Of a stretch of DNA of 64,000 bases, positions 21,307-31,040 are shown piece by piece. Under the pieces are notes generated by a model. The model ran no database searches and had not been told where the DNA came from. It saw only the letters and a program-made list of their open reading frames with translations. Location: positions 32,519 through 96,518 of the IMG/VR virus record IMGVR_UViG_3300042511_000631, one strand, 5' to 3'. The position numbers and the translations under genes are program-made. This DNA comes from a virus. How positions within the stretch are numbered: position 1 is the first letter of the stretch; each line of letters opens with the position of its first letter.

Positions 21307-21770
21307 TGGAAGATTTTATCGAGTCAGCTTTTGCTGGTTTAGATGAGTACTACCCAGGTAGTAAACGCAAGCGCAAAAAAGCTGAGCCAAAGAAGCGAGA
21401 AGTAGACCCTGATCTTACTTGGGATGCAAAACCTTTTAAAAAGAGTTTGCCTAACGGTAGCGAGATTGAGATGTTTACTATCGGCGCGGTGGCTAGCGCT
21501 TTAGGTCGTCCTGTGATTACTATTAGAACATGGATAAAGGAAGGCTACCTTCCCGCATCTCCATACAGACTTCCCTCTAAGAAAAATATTAGAGGGGAAG
21601 ACCAGAAGGGGCGTAGGCTGTATTCGCGCCAGATGGTCGAGTCATTGATTACTTTGTTTGGTAAGTCTGGACTTCTATATATAAAACGTATAGAGTGGTC
21701 AGAACATCGGCAACTAAGCAATGAAATTGCAAAAGCGTGGGAGACAATCCGCGCTGATGAAACTAAATAA
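21306..21770 (+). CDS. MerR-like HTH DNA-binding protein
   Basis: FTIGAVASALGRPVITIRTWIKEGYLP..RRLYS. Confidence 0.75.
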   Translation: MEDFIESAFAGLDEYYPGSKRKRKKAEPKKREVDPDLTWDAKPFKKSLPNGSEIEMFTIGAVASALGRPVITIRTWIKEGYLPASPYRLPSKKNIRGEDQKGRRLYSRQMVESLITLFGKSGLLYIKRIEWSEHRQLSNEIAKAWETIRADETK

Positions 21771-21803
21771 ACATACATAAAACTAAGAGAAAAAAGGAAA
21801 CAT

Positions 21804-22496
21804 ATGTCTATCGACCGGGAAGCAACACTTGCCCCTGAGAACGATGCGTTCTCAATTTCAACTGCCGTATTGGCAGATCGCCCAGCTCAAGCAACCAGTA
21901 CAGTAATTCAATCTGGTTGGGATGCAGCTGAAAAAACAATTGCACCAGTTGGGGATTATCCAACTGAGTTCAAGTTTGTTGAAAACTCCTATCAAATCAT
22001 TCGGTTTATGGATCCGCCTACTCCTCCTGCAGGACCATTTGCTATCTATAAGCAACACTTTTTAAATCAAAAGACAACAGGCAAGCGTTCATACGTTTGC
22101 TTGGAAAAGAGTTGTCCACTGTGCGTTCGTTTGCAGAACAAAGCAGAGGACAAGAAGGCGTTTACTGTAATTAATTACAGTGCTGAAGGCGGCCCACAGC
22201 GACAGATTCTTGTTGCTAGCGTCAAGTTGTACAAGCAGCTTGCCGGCATTCAGCATTCAACTTCTGGCCCTCTTATCAATAAGTACTGGTCTGTTACCCG
22301 TACAGGTAAGCAACAGACTACTAACTACATTATTACCCCAATCAAACCTCGCGACCTTCTTGAAGATGCTCCACATCTTGGTCTTGACGAGGCAGCTGCG
22401 GAAGAAGTTTTCCACCAGTTCCAAGCTTATGATCGTTCCGCTATTAAAGAATCAACTTGGGACGAACTAGAGGCAGTTGCTCTATCCCTGATGTAG
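21804..22496 (+). CDS. ssDNA-binding protein (T4 gp32-like)
   Basis: IIRF..QH..C..CPLC..VTRTG..TNY; upstream of the polymerase. Confidence 0.65.
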   Translation: MSIDREATLAPENDAFSISTAVLADRPAQATSTVIQSGWDAAEKTIAPVGDYPTEFKFVENSYQIIRFMDPPTPPAGPFAIYKQHFLNQKTTGKRSYVCLEKSCPLCVRLQNKAEDKKAFTVINYSAEGGPQRQILVASVKLYKQLAGIQHSTSGPLINKYWSVTRTGKQQTTNYIITPIKPRDLLEDAPHLGLDEAAAEEVFHQFQAYDRSAIKESTWDELEAVALSLM

Positions 22497-22502
22497 CAAG
22501 TT

Positions 22503-22544
22503 TGAAGAGGCTAGGTTCAGGAGTGCGCCTAGCCTCTTCATTTT
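22503..22544 (+). terminator. Intrinsic terminator
   Basis: 13-bp stem TGAAGAGGCTAGG/CCTAGCCTCTTCA followed by TTTT. Confidence 0.7.
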
Positions 22545-22557
22545 AATTGGGAGACAA

Positions 22558-24525
22558 ATGGAACATATAATTACAACGATAGAACAACTTAACGCAATGG
22601 TTGAGCATTACATGAAACAAGACGCATTTGCTTTTGACGTTGAAACTGTTGGCGATCGCAGAGGCGTGCCAGCTGTTAACGAAGTACTTTGGATTAGCTT
22701 TGCCACACACAATCGCGGTGACGTTATTCCGTTAGGGCACCCTCATGGAGAGTTTATTAGTGAGGCTTTCCCATTGACCGGGCAAGGAGAAAAGCGTGTG
22801 CTTGCTGGTTTACAGGCAAGAGATTCTGATTACTCTAAAGATAAAAAGAAAGCACTTAAATCTTTTGGCCCAGCACCAGATCAGTTAAACCCTGCCGAAG
22901 TGTTTAAAGCGTTAGCCCCTCTATTTTTTAATGACAAGATTCTAACTATTGGCCACAACTTAGGTTTTGATTTAAGTTCTGTTGCCAAGTATTACAAAGG
23001 GCAGATTCCAAGTGGCCCTTACTTTGACACTCTTATGGGTTCTTTTCTTTACGACAACAAAAATAAAAACAAGGTTGGTCTTGATGATTGCTTAGATCGC
23101 GAGTTTGGCTACAAGATGAAAAAAGGTATTGGCCACATGGTTGAGATTTATTCATTTGATGAAGTAGCTAAGTACGCATATTTAGATGCCAAGTACACGT
23201 TTCTTTTGTGGAAAGCAATTAAACCTAAGATTGTTCAAGCAGAGGTTGATTATGTTATGAGCGTTGAAATGGACGTGTTAAAAGTGTTATGCGACATGAA
23301 GCTTACTGGCGCACCTATTGACATGGAGCAGTTACAGATTTTGTATGACAAGTTAAACATTGAGATTGAAGAAGTTAAATCCGAAATTTATAAGATTGGC
23401 GGCATCTTTAATATTAACTCAAACTCCGATAAGCAATACTTGTTGTATGGCCCAAAGGAGGAGGGCTGCCGCGGGTTGAAGCCTATGATTCTTACAGGTA
23501 AAGGCGAAAAGAACGAAGGCGCATTAAACTATAAAGACTACTCAGTTTCAGCTGAGGCGCTAGAGCCTTTCCGTGAAAAGGACGAGTTAGTAGGAACTAT
23601 TCTTAAATACTCTGACTTAAACAAATTGCTTAGCACCTACGTTATTCCATACCTAGGCGGGGAAGTAACTAAGACTACAAACGGAAAGACTAAGACAGAG
23701 ACCAAGGACAGCTTGCTAGTCAATGGTCGAATCTACGCAGATTTTATTCAATGGGGCGCAGAAACCGGTCGTTTCTCTAGCCGTAACCCTAATTTACAGA
23801 ACATCCCAAACCCTTCGGTAAGCGAAAATGGTCGCGCTATCCGTAATTTATTTAAAGCACCTGCTGGGTACAAGCTAGTGGTGGCTGACTATTCACAGAT
23901 TGAGCCACGCGTTATTGCTGCCATGTCACAAGATCCAATTATGTTAGACAACTATCTAACGGGCGGGGATATCTATACAACTGTAGGAAACACTATGGGG
24001 GTAGACCGTAAAGCTGGCAAGGTGTTGGTACTGGCTATGGCCTACGGCGTTGGCCCGGACAAGATAGCTAAGAGCATCGGGTGTACCGTTACAGAGGCTA
24101 GAAAGCTTCTCACAGACTTTGGGGCTAAGTTTCCAGCGGTCAATGAGTACCGCCAGTTAGTCATTGGTGTAGCCCGCAATCTAGGGTATGTGACCACAAT
24201 TCTTAAGCGCCGCCGATACCTACCAGATATTAACTCTAAAGTGGTTTCGTTTCGAGCAAGCTCAGAGCGACAAGCTTTCAACACGCGGATCCAAGGGTCT
24301 GCTGCGGATATTATTAAACTGGCTATGGTCAGAGCGCATGAGCGTTTGCCAAAAGAGGCTAAACTAATCCTTACAGTTCACGACGAACTGGTAGCTCTGA
24401 CTCCTGATAATCTGGTGGATGAGGCTAAAGAAGCGATTAGAGATGCAATGGAAGGTTTAATTCTATTGCCAATACCTTTAATTGCCGATATCTCTGTAGT
24501 TGAAAGGTGGGGTGATGCTAAGTGA
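22558..24525 (+). CDS. polA: Family A DNA polymerase with 3'-5' exonuclease
   Basis: FDVET exo motif, TGRFSSRNPNLQN, ADYSQIE, K...L...YG, VHDEL. Confidence 0.95.
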   Translation: MEHIITTIEQLNAMVEHYMKQDAFAFDVETVGDRRGVPAVNEVLWISFATHNRGDVIPLGHPHGEFISEAFPLTGQGEKRVLAGLQARDSDYSKDKKKALKSFGPAPDQLNPAEVFKALAPLFFNDKILTIGHNLGFDLSSVAKYYKGQIPSGPYFDTLMGSFLYDNKNKNKVGLDDCLDREFGYKMKKGIGHMVEIYSFDEVAKYAYLDAKYTFLLWKAIKPKIVQAEVDYVMSVEMDVLKVLCDMKLTGAPIDMEQLQILYDKLNIEIEEVKSEIYKIGGIFNINSNSDKQYLLYGPKEEGCRGLKPMILTGKGEKNEGALNYKDYSVSAEALEPFREKDELVGTILKYSDLNKLLSTYVIPYLGGEVTKTTNGKTKTETKDSLLVNGRIYADFIQWGAETGRFSSRNPNLQNIPNPSVSENGRAIRNLFKAPAGYKLVVADYSQIEPRVIAAMSQDPIMLDNYLTGGDIYTTVGNTMGVDRKAGKVLVLAMAYGVGPDKIAKSIGCTVTEARKLLTDFGAKFPAVNEYRQLVIGVARNLGYVTTILKRRRYLPDINSKVVSFRASSERQAFNTRIQGSAADIIKLAMVRAHERLPKEAKLILTVHDELVALTPDNLVDEAKEAIRDAMEGLILLPIPLIADISVVERWGDAK

Positions 24526-25004
24526 GTTGGTTTTCTGAGTTCTTTAAAAAGCAAGATGACTTTGAAGTAGAGTATAAAGATATACCCGCTAGCACTTTGC
24601 TACGTTGGTATATTTATGACACCTCACTTGCGGATGAAAACGGTACAGCGGAGTTTATGGGGTTAAGCAGGGTTAGCCAAGAAGGCGATGAGAAAGAACG
24701 CGAAGATAGCGATCGTCGTTTAATTGACTCTAAGTTTTTATTTCCATACATTGACTACATCTCTAGTATTAGCTCAGACGTGGTAACTTCTGTGCAGTTA
24801 AGAGATTTAGCAGACAGCACGGATCAAGCAACAAAAGCTTTATCTGAAGAGTTAGCTGTAGATTTAGAAGTAATGCGAAAAGTGTACAAAGCTGTAGCCG
24901 CATCTACATTGTTGGGCGCGTTTTCAATAGCTTTACATGTAGGTTTGATTGATGCTGGAACCGTAGTACTATCTGAAACTGACGAAGGAGATATTTATGA
25001 GTAG
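24522..25004 (+). CDS. Hypothetical protein
   Basis: Translationally coupled ORF. Confidence 0.55.
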   Translation: MSWFSEFFKKQDDFEVEYKDIPASTLLRWYIYDTSLADENGTAEFMGLSRVSQEGDEKEREDSDRRLIDSKFLFPYIDYISSISSDVVTSVQLRDLADSTDQATKALSEELAVDLEVMRKVYKAVAASTLLGAFSIALHVGLIDAGTVVLSETDEGDIYE

Positions 25005-25353
25005 CAATTGGTGGGCAAATAAACTAGGAACACCCGCACCGGCAGTTGCGCCTCAACAACCGCAACCAGTGCTACAACAACAGCTTCAGTACCAGCAACC
25101 GCAGGCACAGTATCCGCCTTCACAACAGCTGCAGTTGCCGGCACGTTGCCCAGGTTGCGGTAGTGGAAACTACGGCGGTACAGCTGAGAGCAGAGCTCGT
25201 TGTTATGACTGCGGTTACCCTATACAACAATCAGGTAGTGGAGTAGGCACCGGTATTGTTGGTCAAGGTGGTCAGGCATCCGGGCCCGCAACTCCAGCTA
25301 CACAAGTAGCAGTTGGCGGCTTTAACCCAACAACAATCATTGGACACATTTAA
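24997..25353 (+). CDS. Q/P-rich zinc-ribbon protein
   Basis: CPGC..CYDC. Confidence 0.6.
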   Translation: MSSNWWANKLGTPAPAVAPQQPQPVLQQQLQYQQPQAQYPPSQQLQLPARCPGCGSGNYGGTAESRARCYDCGYPIQQSGSGVGTGIVGQGGQASGPATPATQVAVGGFNPTTIIGHI

Positions 25354-26405
25354 TGAATATTACAGGCGAACTAGCAAAAGTATTTAGCGACATTAACAAG
25401 AAGTATGGATCTGACACTATTGTTTTAGGATCAGACATTAGAGAAGATTTATTAGATCGTTTGACTACTGGCTCATTAGCTATTGACATGGCTCTAGGCG
25501 GCGGGTGGCCGATTAACCAATGGCATGAGATCATTGGGGAAGCTAGTAATGGTAAGACGGCACTTGCGCTAAAGACTATTGCTGCTAATCAAAAGCGAGA
25601 TCCAGAATTTACCACTGTCTGGGTTGCCGCTGAGCAGTGGGTACCTAAGTACGCAGAGATGTGCGGGGTTGACACCTCAAAGATTTATGTAATTTCTACC
25701 AATTTAATGGAGGAAGCTTATGAAGCGGTTATTCGCATCGCTGAAAGCAAGGCTGTTGATTGCATTGTTGTTGACTCCCTTCCTGCTCTGGTTCCTGGCG
25801 CAGAAAATGATAAAGACATGGGAGAATTTACAGTGGGAAGAGGAGCTCTACTAACCAATACGTTTTTCCGTAAGGTTGGAATGGCTTCAAAGCGCAGCTT
25901 AACTGAGCATGAGCGCCCTTTTATTGGGTTAATGATTAACCAATGGCGTTCAAAGATTGGCGTTATGTACGGGGATCCTCGTACGACCCCGGGCGGTTTG
26001 GGCAAGGACTACGCGTTCTTTACCCGCATTGAAGTTAAACGCGATGAATGGATTGAAGAAGGAACTGGCCAAGAGAAAAGAAAGATCGGGCAGTCAATTA
26101 AAGTTAGAGTAATGAAGAACAAGTCAGCTCCCCCATCACAAGTAGCCGTTGTTGATTTTTACTTTTCTGATGGGAAGGCCGCTAAAGCTGGAGAGTTTGA
26201 CTTTGCCAAAGAGATATTGTCTATCGGCATTCTGAATAAAGTCATCACACGTGCAGGTGCCTATTATCGTTATGCCGATAGACAATGGCAAGGATCCGAT
26301 GCTATGCTTAGCACTATTCGGGAAGAGTTAGACTTGAAAGAAGCCCTTGAACGTGAAGTACTGGATTCCATTAAAGCGGGATCTAAGTTCGTTTATGAAG
26401 AGTAA
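25353..26405 (+). CDS. recA: RecA/UvsX recombinase
   Basis: TGSLAIDMALGGG, GEASNGKT, VVDS, INQ.R.KIGVMYG.P.TTPGG. Confidence 0.95.
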   Translation: MNITGELAKVFSDINKKYGSDTIVLGSDIREDLLDRLTTGSLAIDMALGGGWPINQWHEIIGEASNGKTALALKTIAANQKRDPEFTTVWVAAEQWVPKYAEMCGVDTSKIYVISTNLMEEAYEAVIRIAESKAVDCIVVDSLPALVPGAENDKDMGEFTVGRGALLTNTFFRKVGMASKRSLTEHERPFIGLMINQWRSKIGVMYGDPRTTPGGLGKDYAFFTRIEVKRDEWIEEGTGQEKRKIGQSIKVRVMKNKSAPPSQVAVVDFYFSDGKAAKAGEFDFAKEILSIGILNKVITRAGAYYRYADRQWQGSDAMLSTIREELDLKEALEREVLDSIKAGSKFVYEE

Positions 26406-26736
26406 GGGTCAAATAGAGTCAAAGAAGCATGAGGTACGGCTAGCCAAGGAGATTGGCGGAACGCGTAATGCGGGAAGCGGATCGTTTTGGAGTCGTAAAG
26501 GTGATGTCCGCAGTAGCGATCTACTTATTGAACATAAGTGGACGGGCAAAGCTTCCTTCACTGTCAAAGCGACAGTTTTGGAAAAGATTGTTAGAGAAGC
26601 AATTCTTGACAATCGGACGCCTGTCCTCGGCTTCAGTCTCAATAATGAAAATTATGTGATGCTCACTGAAGATGATTTTCTGGAACTACGCCAGAATCTT
26701 CAGGAGTGTACTTGTACCAAGACAACGAGCACGTAG
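26395..26736 (+). CDS. PD-(D/E)xK nuclease, Hjc-like resolvase
   Basis: HE..GSGS..KGDV..IEHK; ATG at 26395. Confidence 0.65.
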   Translation: MKSKGQIESKKHEVRLAKEIGGTRNAGSGSFWSRKGDVRSSDLLIEHKWTGKASFTVKATVLEKIVREAILDNRTPVLGFSLNNENYVMLTEDDFLELRQNLQECTCTKTTST

Positions 26737-27029
26737 AAAGCTGGCGCTACAACGCTAAGTGTCGCGGCATGGATACTGAATTATGGTATCCCCCAAGAGA
26801 TAAAACCAAATACAAAACTATTGCCGAAGTATCTAAAGCTGTGTGCTACGGCAAAGATGGTTTACCAGAGTGCCCTGTTCGTAAGCAGTGCTTGTTGTAT
26901 GCAGACAAGATGGATGAGCAGCACGGTATCTGGGGCGGTATGTCACACCGCGAACGTAACGCATTAAAACGTAAAGCTACAAAAATGGGTTACTCTTTAA
27001 AAGATTGGGTAGAACGAAAGAAACCGTGA
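26706..27029 (+). CDS. whiB: WhiB-family Fe-S transcription factor
   Basis: W..AKC..C..CPVRKQC..GIWGG..ER. Confidence 0.9.
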   Translation: MYLYQDNEHVESWRYNAKCRGMDTELWYPPRDKTKYKTIAEVSKAVCYGKDGLPECPVRKQCLLYADKMDEQHGIWGGMSHRERNALKRKATKMGYSLKDWVERKKP

Positions 27030-27041
27030 TAGGGTGCCAGA

Positions 27042-27902
27042 ATGGCATACAAATCAACCGGATCATTAAAAAGTTTTATTGAAGCTGGCAAAAAAGAAAC
27101 CCGTGTCCTAGGTTCTGTAGAGCGACACGTATTGGTTACTCCTCGAGATGAGGCTCCCCGCAGGCACGATGTCCTGCATCCTTCCGAAATGGCCGGAACA
27201 GATTGGTGCCACCGCGCCTCTTATTTTCAGTTGTTAGGTCACCCACCGGCCGATCGCAAGTTCTCATTTAAATTGCTATCTGTATTTGAAGAAGGCCACG
27301 CAATTCACGCAAAGTGGCAGGGTTGGTTTAAAGACATGAACAACCTATATGGAAAATACTATTGTACTGATTGCCGAGATAGTTTTTGGGGACTTCCCTC
27401 AGACCATCAGATTGATCCAAAAGCTTTACGTTACAACGAAGTGCCATTAGATTACGAACCTTTGCGTATATCGGGGCATTCAGACGGCTGGTTAATTGGT
27501 TTCGGTAACCCACTAATGCTTGAAATTAAGTCTATTGGTATGGGCACGCTTAGATATGAAGCGCCACAGTTGTTAAAAGAAAATGACAATGATTTTGAGA
27601 AAACATGGAAAGCTTTGTCTGAGCCTTTTGGAAAACATGTTACGCAGGTACAGATTTATATGAAGTTAGCCGAGTTAATTGGTTACGAAAACGTACCGCA
27701 AGAGGCTGTATTGATTTATGAGTCTAAAGCTACGCAAGATGTAAAAGAGTTTGTAGTTCCAAAGAGCGATTTTTCTATTAGCCATATCTTTGCTGCCGCA
27801 GAAAAGATTGTTAAAGCTGTTGACAGCCGTTCACCCCTTGATTGTAATATTGGGCCAGTGAGTTGTTCAAAGTGTAAGGGGTATAGCAATGAGTCCAATT
27901 GA
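27042..27902 (+). CDS. Cas4-like exonuclease
   Basis: HPSE..C.R, G..IH, GHSDG, EIKS, Q.Q.Y, C-terminal Cys cluster. Confidence 0.8.
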   Translation: MAYKSTGSLKSFIEAGKKETRVLGSVERHVLVTPRDEAPRRHDVLHPSEMAGTDWCHRASYFQLLGHPPADRKFSFKLLSVFEEGHAIHAKWQGWFKDMNNLYGKYYCTDCRDSFWGLPSDHQIDPKALRYNEVPLDYEPLRISGHSDGWLIGFGNPLMLEIKSIGMGTLRYEAPQLLKENDNDFEKTWKALSEPFGKHVTQVQIYMKLAELIGYENVPQEAVLIYESKATQDVKEFVVPKSDFSISHIFAAAEKIVKAVDSRSPLDCNIGPVSCSKCKGYSNESN

Positions 27903-28386
27903 ATTACAAATGGCGGATGCTAGTAAAAGAGCTATAGACAAGCTTAAAGGTCAAGGTCTTAGCATAAACGAGGATTACACATATGATCCGCCATCATTAC
28001 CTATGGATGTTACTTCTGTAGATGACGATGAGTTAATGGACATGTACGCTAAATATGTGGCTTATTTAGAGTTTATTAACCTCCAGCTGTGGTGCGCAAA
28101 CACTGACAAGTCTGAGGCTGAAAAAGATATGGTTTTAGTTAAGTCTAGAAAAAAATTAACAATGAAGGCTGCCGGTACGGCAGTAGCTTTACTTGATGCT
28201 GAGATTGAAGTAGATGACGAGTACCGAGTTAAGGCTGATAAGTTTCAAGAGCTAGACAACTACCACAGCCTTATTCAAATTATGTCTAGCAAGCTGTCTA
28301 AAGATATTTCGTTTATTAACCGTGAGATTACTCGTCGAGTGAATTTAAATAAAATGGCTGGACGAGGCCCGTGGCTAACCCCCTGA
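27889..28386 (+). CDS. Helical protein, possibly UvsY-like recombination mediator
   Basis: Coiled-coil character; recombination cluster context. Confidence 0.4.
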   Translation: MSPIELQMADASKRAIDKLKGQGLSINEDYTYDPPSLPMDVTSVDDDELMDMYAKYVAYLEFINLQLWCANTDKSEAEKDMVLVKSRKKLTMKAAGTAVALLDAEIEVDDEYRVKADKFQELDNYHSLIQIMSSKLSKDISFINREITRRVNLNKMAGRGPWLTP

Positions 28387-28919
28387 AAACATTCGGTAGC
28401 CCAGCCGAGCTTCTGGGCAGTCCAGTCTATGTAGGCATAGATCAGTCTTACAGCGGGTTTGCCACGACAATTTTGCGGGGCGATAACCAGTGGACAACGG
28501 TATACAAGTCTGAGCAGCGCGGGATTGACCGGTTAAAAGATATACAAGCGCATGTAATGGAGTTGTTAGTTCAATTTGAGATAAAAGATGTAGCTATGGA
28601 AGGCTACGCATTTGGATCTCAAATGGCTAATATGCTTGGTGAGCTAGGCGGAATGGTAAAGCTGACGCTGTTAGATTTTGGCGTTTACCCATTAATCGTG
28701 CCCCCTACAAGCTTAAAGAAGTACGTTACCGGCAAAGGCAACGGTATTTCAAAGAGTCAGATGCTGTTGTATGTTTACAAAAAGTGGGGCGTAGATTTTA
28801 CTGACGACAATGCCGCTGATTCATACTCGTTAGCTCGCTTAGTGGCGGGAATGCACCAAACAGCTTATGAAAAAGAAGTGTACGATAAACTCCAAGATCC
28901 AAAGTTTAGGGAGAAATAA
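28371..28919 (+). CDS. ruvC: RuvC-like Holliday junction resolvase
   Basis: VGIDQS, MEGY, LKKYVTGKG..K, DDNAAD. Confidence 0.85.
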   Translation: MANPLKTFGSPAELLGSPVYVGIDQSYSGFATTILRGDNQWTTVYKSEQRGIDRLKDIQAHVMELLVQFEIKDVAMEGYAFGSQMANMLGELGGMVKLTLLDFGVYPLIVPPTSLKKYVTGKGNGISKSQMLLYVYKKWGVDFTDDNAADSYSLARLVAGMHQTAYEKEVYDKLQDPKFREK

Positions 28920-29143
28920 TGAATAAAGAAGCCCGCGAAATACTGCGCAAATTAGAGAATGCTAAACTTGAAGTTAAATTTTTAGAGGCTGAGTACAGCG
29001 CCGTGTGCGAGTGCAACGAAAAAATTCCTGGTGTTAAATTTGAATCTCAGTCTTACCAAAAGCTTTATAAAACGTGTCAACACCACGAAGTAAAACTAAG
29101 ACATAGTCATTTCCCAGAAAGCCAACACCATGCCGGCATATGA
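28919..29143 (+). CDS. Hypothetical protein
   Basis: Coupled ORF. Confidence 0.5.
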   Translation: MNKEAREILRKLENAKLEVKFLEAEYSAVCECNEKIPGVKFESQSYQKLYKTCQHHEVKLRHSHFPESQHHAGI

Positions 29144-29300
29144 CTTTGTATGTATGAAATGCGATCGCACAGTAGAGATGCACTTTGCGTTTGATTCGGT
29201 TCAACGCCCGACTTGTTCTGAGTGCGGAGAGTTTATGACTAAGTCCTACACCCCACCATCTATTCAGTTTAAAGGCGGAGGCTGGGGAGGTCAAGGATGA
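29130..29300 (+). CDS. FmdB-family zinc-ribbon protein (56 aa, not in ORF track)
   Basis: MPAYDFVCMKC..CSECG..FKGGGW. Confidence 0.8.
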   Translation: MPAYDFVCMKCDRTVEMHFAFDSVQRPTCSECGEFMTKSYTPPSIQFKGGGWGGQG

Positions 29301-29536
29301 GTAAGACTAAAGATAAAAGAGAAGCCCGTAAAGCAGAAGCTGAGTCTTTTGTAAAAGAACGGCGTCAAGTACAGATGGCGGTGTTTGAAAGTAACTTTAA
29401 TGTAGGCCTTGATCTATACGAGCGAACTAAAGATAAGATGTCTAAAGAAGAACTTGCGTTAATTGAAGCAGAGATTGCTCGTAACCGTAAGTTAATTGAT
29501 GAGTGGAAAGAGAGGTGGGGTAGTGAAGAAGAGTGA
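29297..29536 (+). CDS. Hypothetical protein
   Basis: ATGA-coupled ORF. Confidence 0.55.
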   Translation: MSKTKDKREARKAEAESFVKERRQVQMAVFESNFNVGLDLYERTKDKMSKEELALIEAEIARNRKLIDEWKERWGSEEE

Positions 29537-29744
29537 AGACCAAGAGCTACGCAGCTGCGGGTACATGACCCCTGATGAATTTGTCGACAAATTAGTTCCA
29601 GGGCTTAAAGAATATTTAAACAAAAATTGGGGAATGGTTCCCGATCGGCTATACCATCCAGAGGATTTAGCGTCTAACGTTGCTATCTATATGGAAGTGG
29701 CTTATCACGTGCTTGTGGATTTCGGTGCTCGACCTCCGCGATAA
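29496..29744 (+). CDS. Hypothetical protein (start uncertain)
   Basis: ORF in operon. Confidence 0.45.
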   Translation: MMSGKRGGVVKKSEDQELRSCGYMTPDEFVDKLVPGLKEYLNKNWGMVPDRLYHPEDLASNVAIYMEVAYHVLVDFGARPPR

Positions 29745-29898
29745 GGAAGCCCCGCTGCACGTATGTGCCTGTGGGTCGACCTTATGGAATGTTAAAGTTA
29801 TGTTTGAAGATGGGGAAATATCCCTATATATGCTTGATATGGAGTGTGCTTTGTGCGGAAGTCTGGCCACCGCACCTACACCTTTAGACACACAATAA
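29680..29898 (+). CDS. Small zinc-finger protein (start probably downstream)
   Basis: VCACGS..ECALCGS. Confidence 0.55.
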   Translation: MLSIWKWLITCLWISVLDLRDKEAPLHVCACGSTLWNVKVMFEDGEISLYMLDMECALCGSLATAPTPLDTQ

Positions 29899-29957
29899 GC
29901 CGGTAATCCCTCATAATTGCGGGTACGGGGTTCCACTATTCGTTAAACGAGGTACAC

Positions 29958-30236
29958 ATGTCCGAGCAACCAGAAGAGCAGATCCTGCGCGTAAGCGCTG
30001 GTTCTAACCCACAAGCCGTAGCATCAGCAATCGCACACAGCATTTATGAAACCCGTGCTTGCAAACTTCGTGCCGTAGGCGCAGGCGCTGTCAATCAAGC
30101 CGTAAAGGCCATTGCCATTGCCCGTGGATACACCGCACCAAGAGGGCTTGATTTAAGCTGTATTCCAGGGTTTTCCAGCATTGAGAGCCACGATGGGCAG
30201 ATTTCTGCCATTGTATTCTCAGTAACTGCGAGTTAA
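29958..30236 (+). CDS. spoVS: SpoVS-family (Alba-like fold) protein
   Basis: LRVSAGSNP.AVA.AIA..AVGAGAVNQAVKAIAIARG..IPGF. Confidence 0.9.
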   Translation: MSEQPEEQILRVSAGSNPQAVASAIAHSIYETRACKLRAVGAGAVNQAVKAIAIARGYTAPRGLDLSCIPGFSSIESHDGQISAIVFSVTAS

Positions 30237-30296
30237 GCCATTATTTTTAAGTAAATAGACATACGATTTATTTACCCTTCGGCCAAAGGAAATTAA

Positions 30297-30629
30297 ATGA
30301 AAAAAGATTCAACTAAGAACTCAGCACCACTAGCTCCAACTTCAGCAAAGCCTTCAAACGCTACTGGATCAAAGCCACGTGTTGCCATGCCTGAAAAGGG
30401 CACCCTTATAAAGAAAAAGAACACAGCTGCTGGCGATCCAACAAAGATGGCTAAGCCTTCACGTTCTTTTGTAACCGCAACAGGCGGAGCTCGCTACGGT
30501 ATTCGTGTTAAGTACCAAGCATCAACAGCTCCAGAAGCTACTTCAACACAGAGCAACGGCCGCTTACTAGCAGCCGCTGTAAAGCGTTCAGCACCTAACT
30601 TCGCAGATGGAATGCAAGACTATAACTAA
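30297..30629 (+). CDS. Basic low-complexity protein
   Basis: K/A/S/T-rich ORF with RBS. Confidence 0.55.
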   Translation: MKKDSTKNSAPLAPTSAKPSNATGSKPRVAMPEKGTLIKKKNTAAGDPTKMAKPSRSFVTATGGARYGIRVKYQASTAPEATSTQSNGRLLAAAVKRSAPNFADGMQDYN

Positions 30630-30640
30630 TCTTTAAAAAT

Positions 30641-30680
30641 AAAATCCCCGGTATCTTTCGAGATGGCCGGGGATTTTTTT
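30641..30680 (+). terminator. Intrinsic terminator (bidirectional-like)
   Basis: AAAATCCCCGG..CCGGGGATTTTTTT. Confidence 0.8.
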
Positions 30681-30717
30681 ATGTATACTACTGTTGACTA
30701 GATTCGCTACCTAGACA

Positions 30718-30745
30718 CGACCTGAACAAGTCGGTAAAAGGTTCA
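30718..30745 (+). ncRNA. Small H-type pseudoknot motif, copy 1
   Basis: CGAC-CTGAACAA-GTCG-GTAAAAG-GTTCA; covaries with three other copies. Confidence 0.55.
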
Positions 30746-30800
30746 ATTTTCATTTCCTTGTGGTAATCTTAACGCGTCATGATGACGACAAGGAGAGAAC

Positions 30801-31040
30801 ATGCTTGATATTTTAACTAAACACCTTGAGGAAAAAGCTTCTATTAACTGTGTAGTAAGCGTTTGGATTGAGTCATTAGAAGAGGCTGAAAAAGAAGCAT
30901 TTGCTAAATTAAAAGAGAATAATAAAAACGTTGTTCTTGCTTCATTATATAAGGAGTTAGATAACGCAGATCCTATGCCTTTTGGGTTAACTGCTTTTCG
31001 TTCCCACTTGAGAGGTTACTGCACATGTCTGAAAAGTTAA
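30801..31040 (+). CDS. Hypothetical protein
   Basis: AAGGAG RBS; C..H..C.C residues. Confidence 0.6.
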   Translation: MLDILTKHLEEKASINCVVSVWIESLEEAEKEAFAKLKENNKNVVLASLYKELDNADPMPFGLTAFRSHLRGYCTCLKS

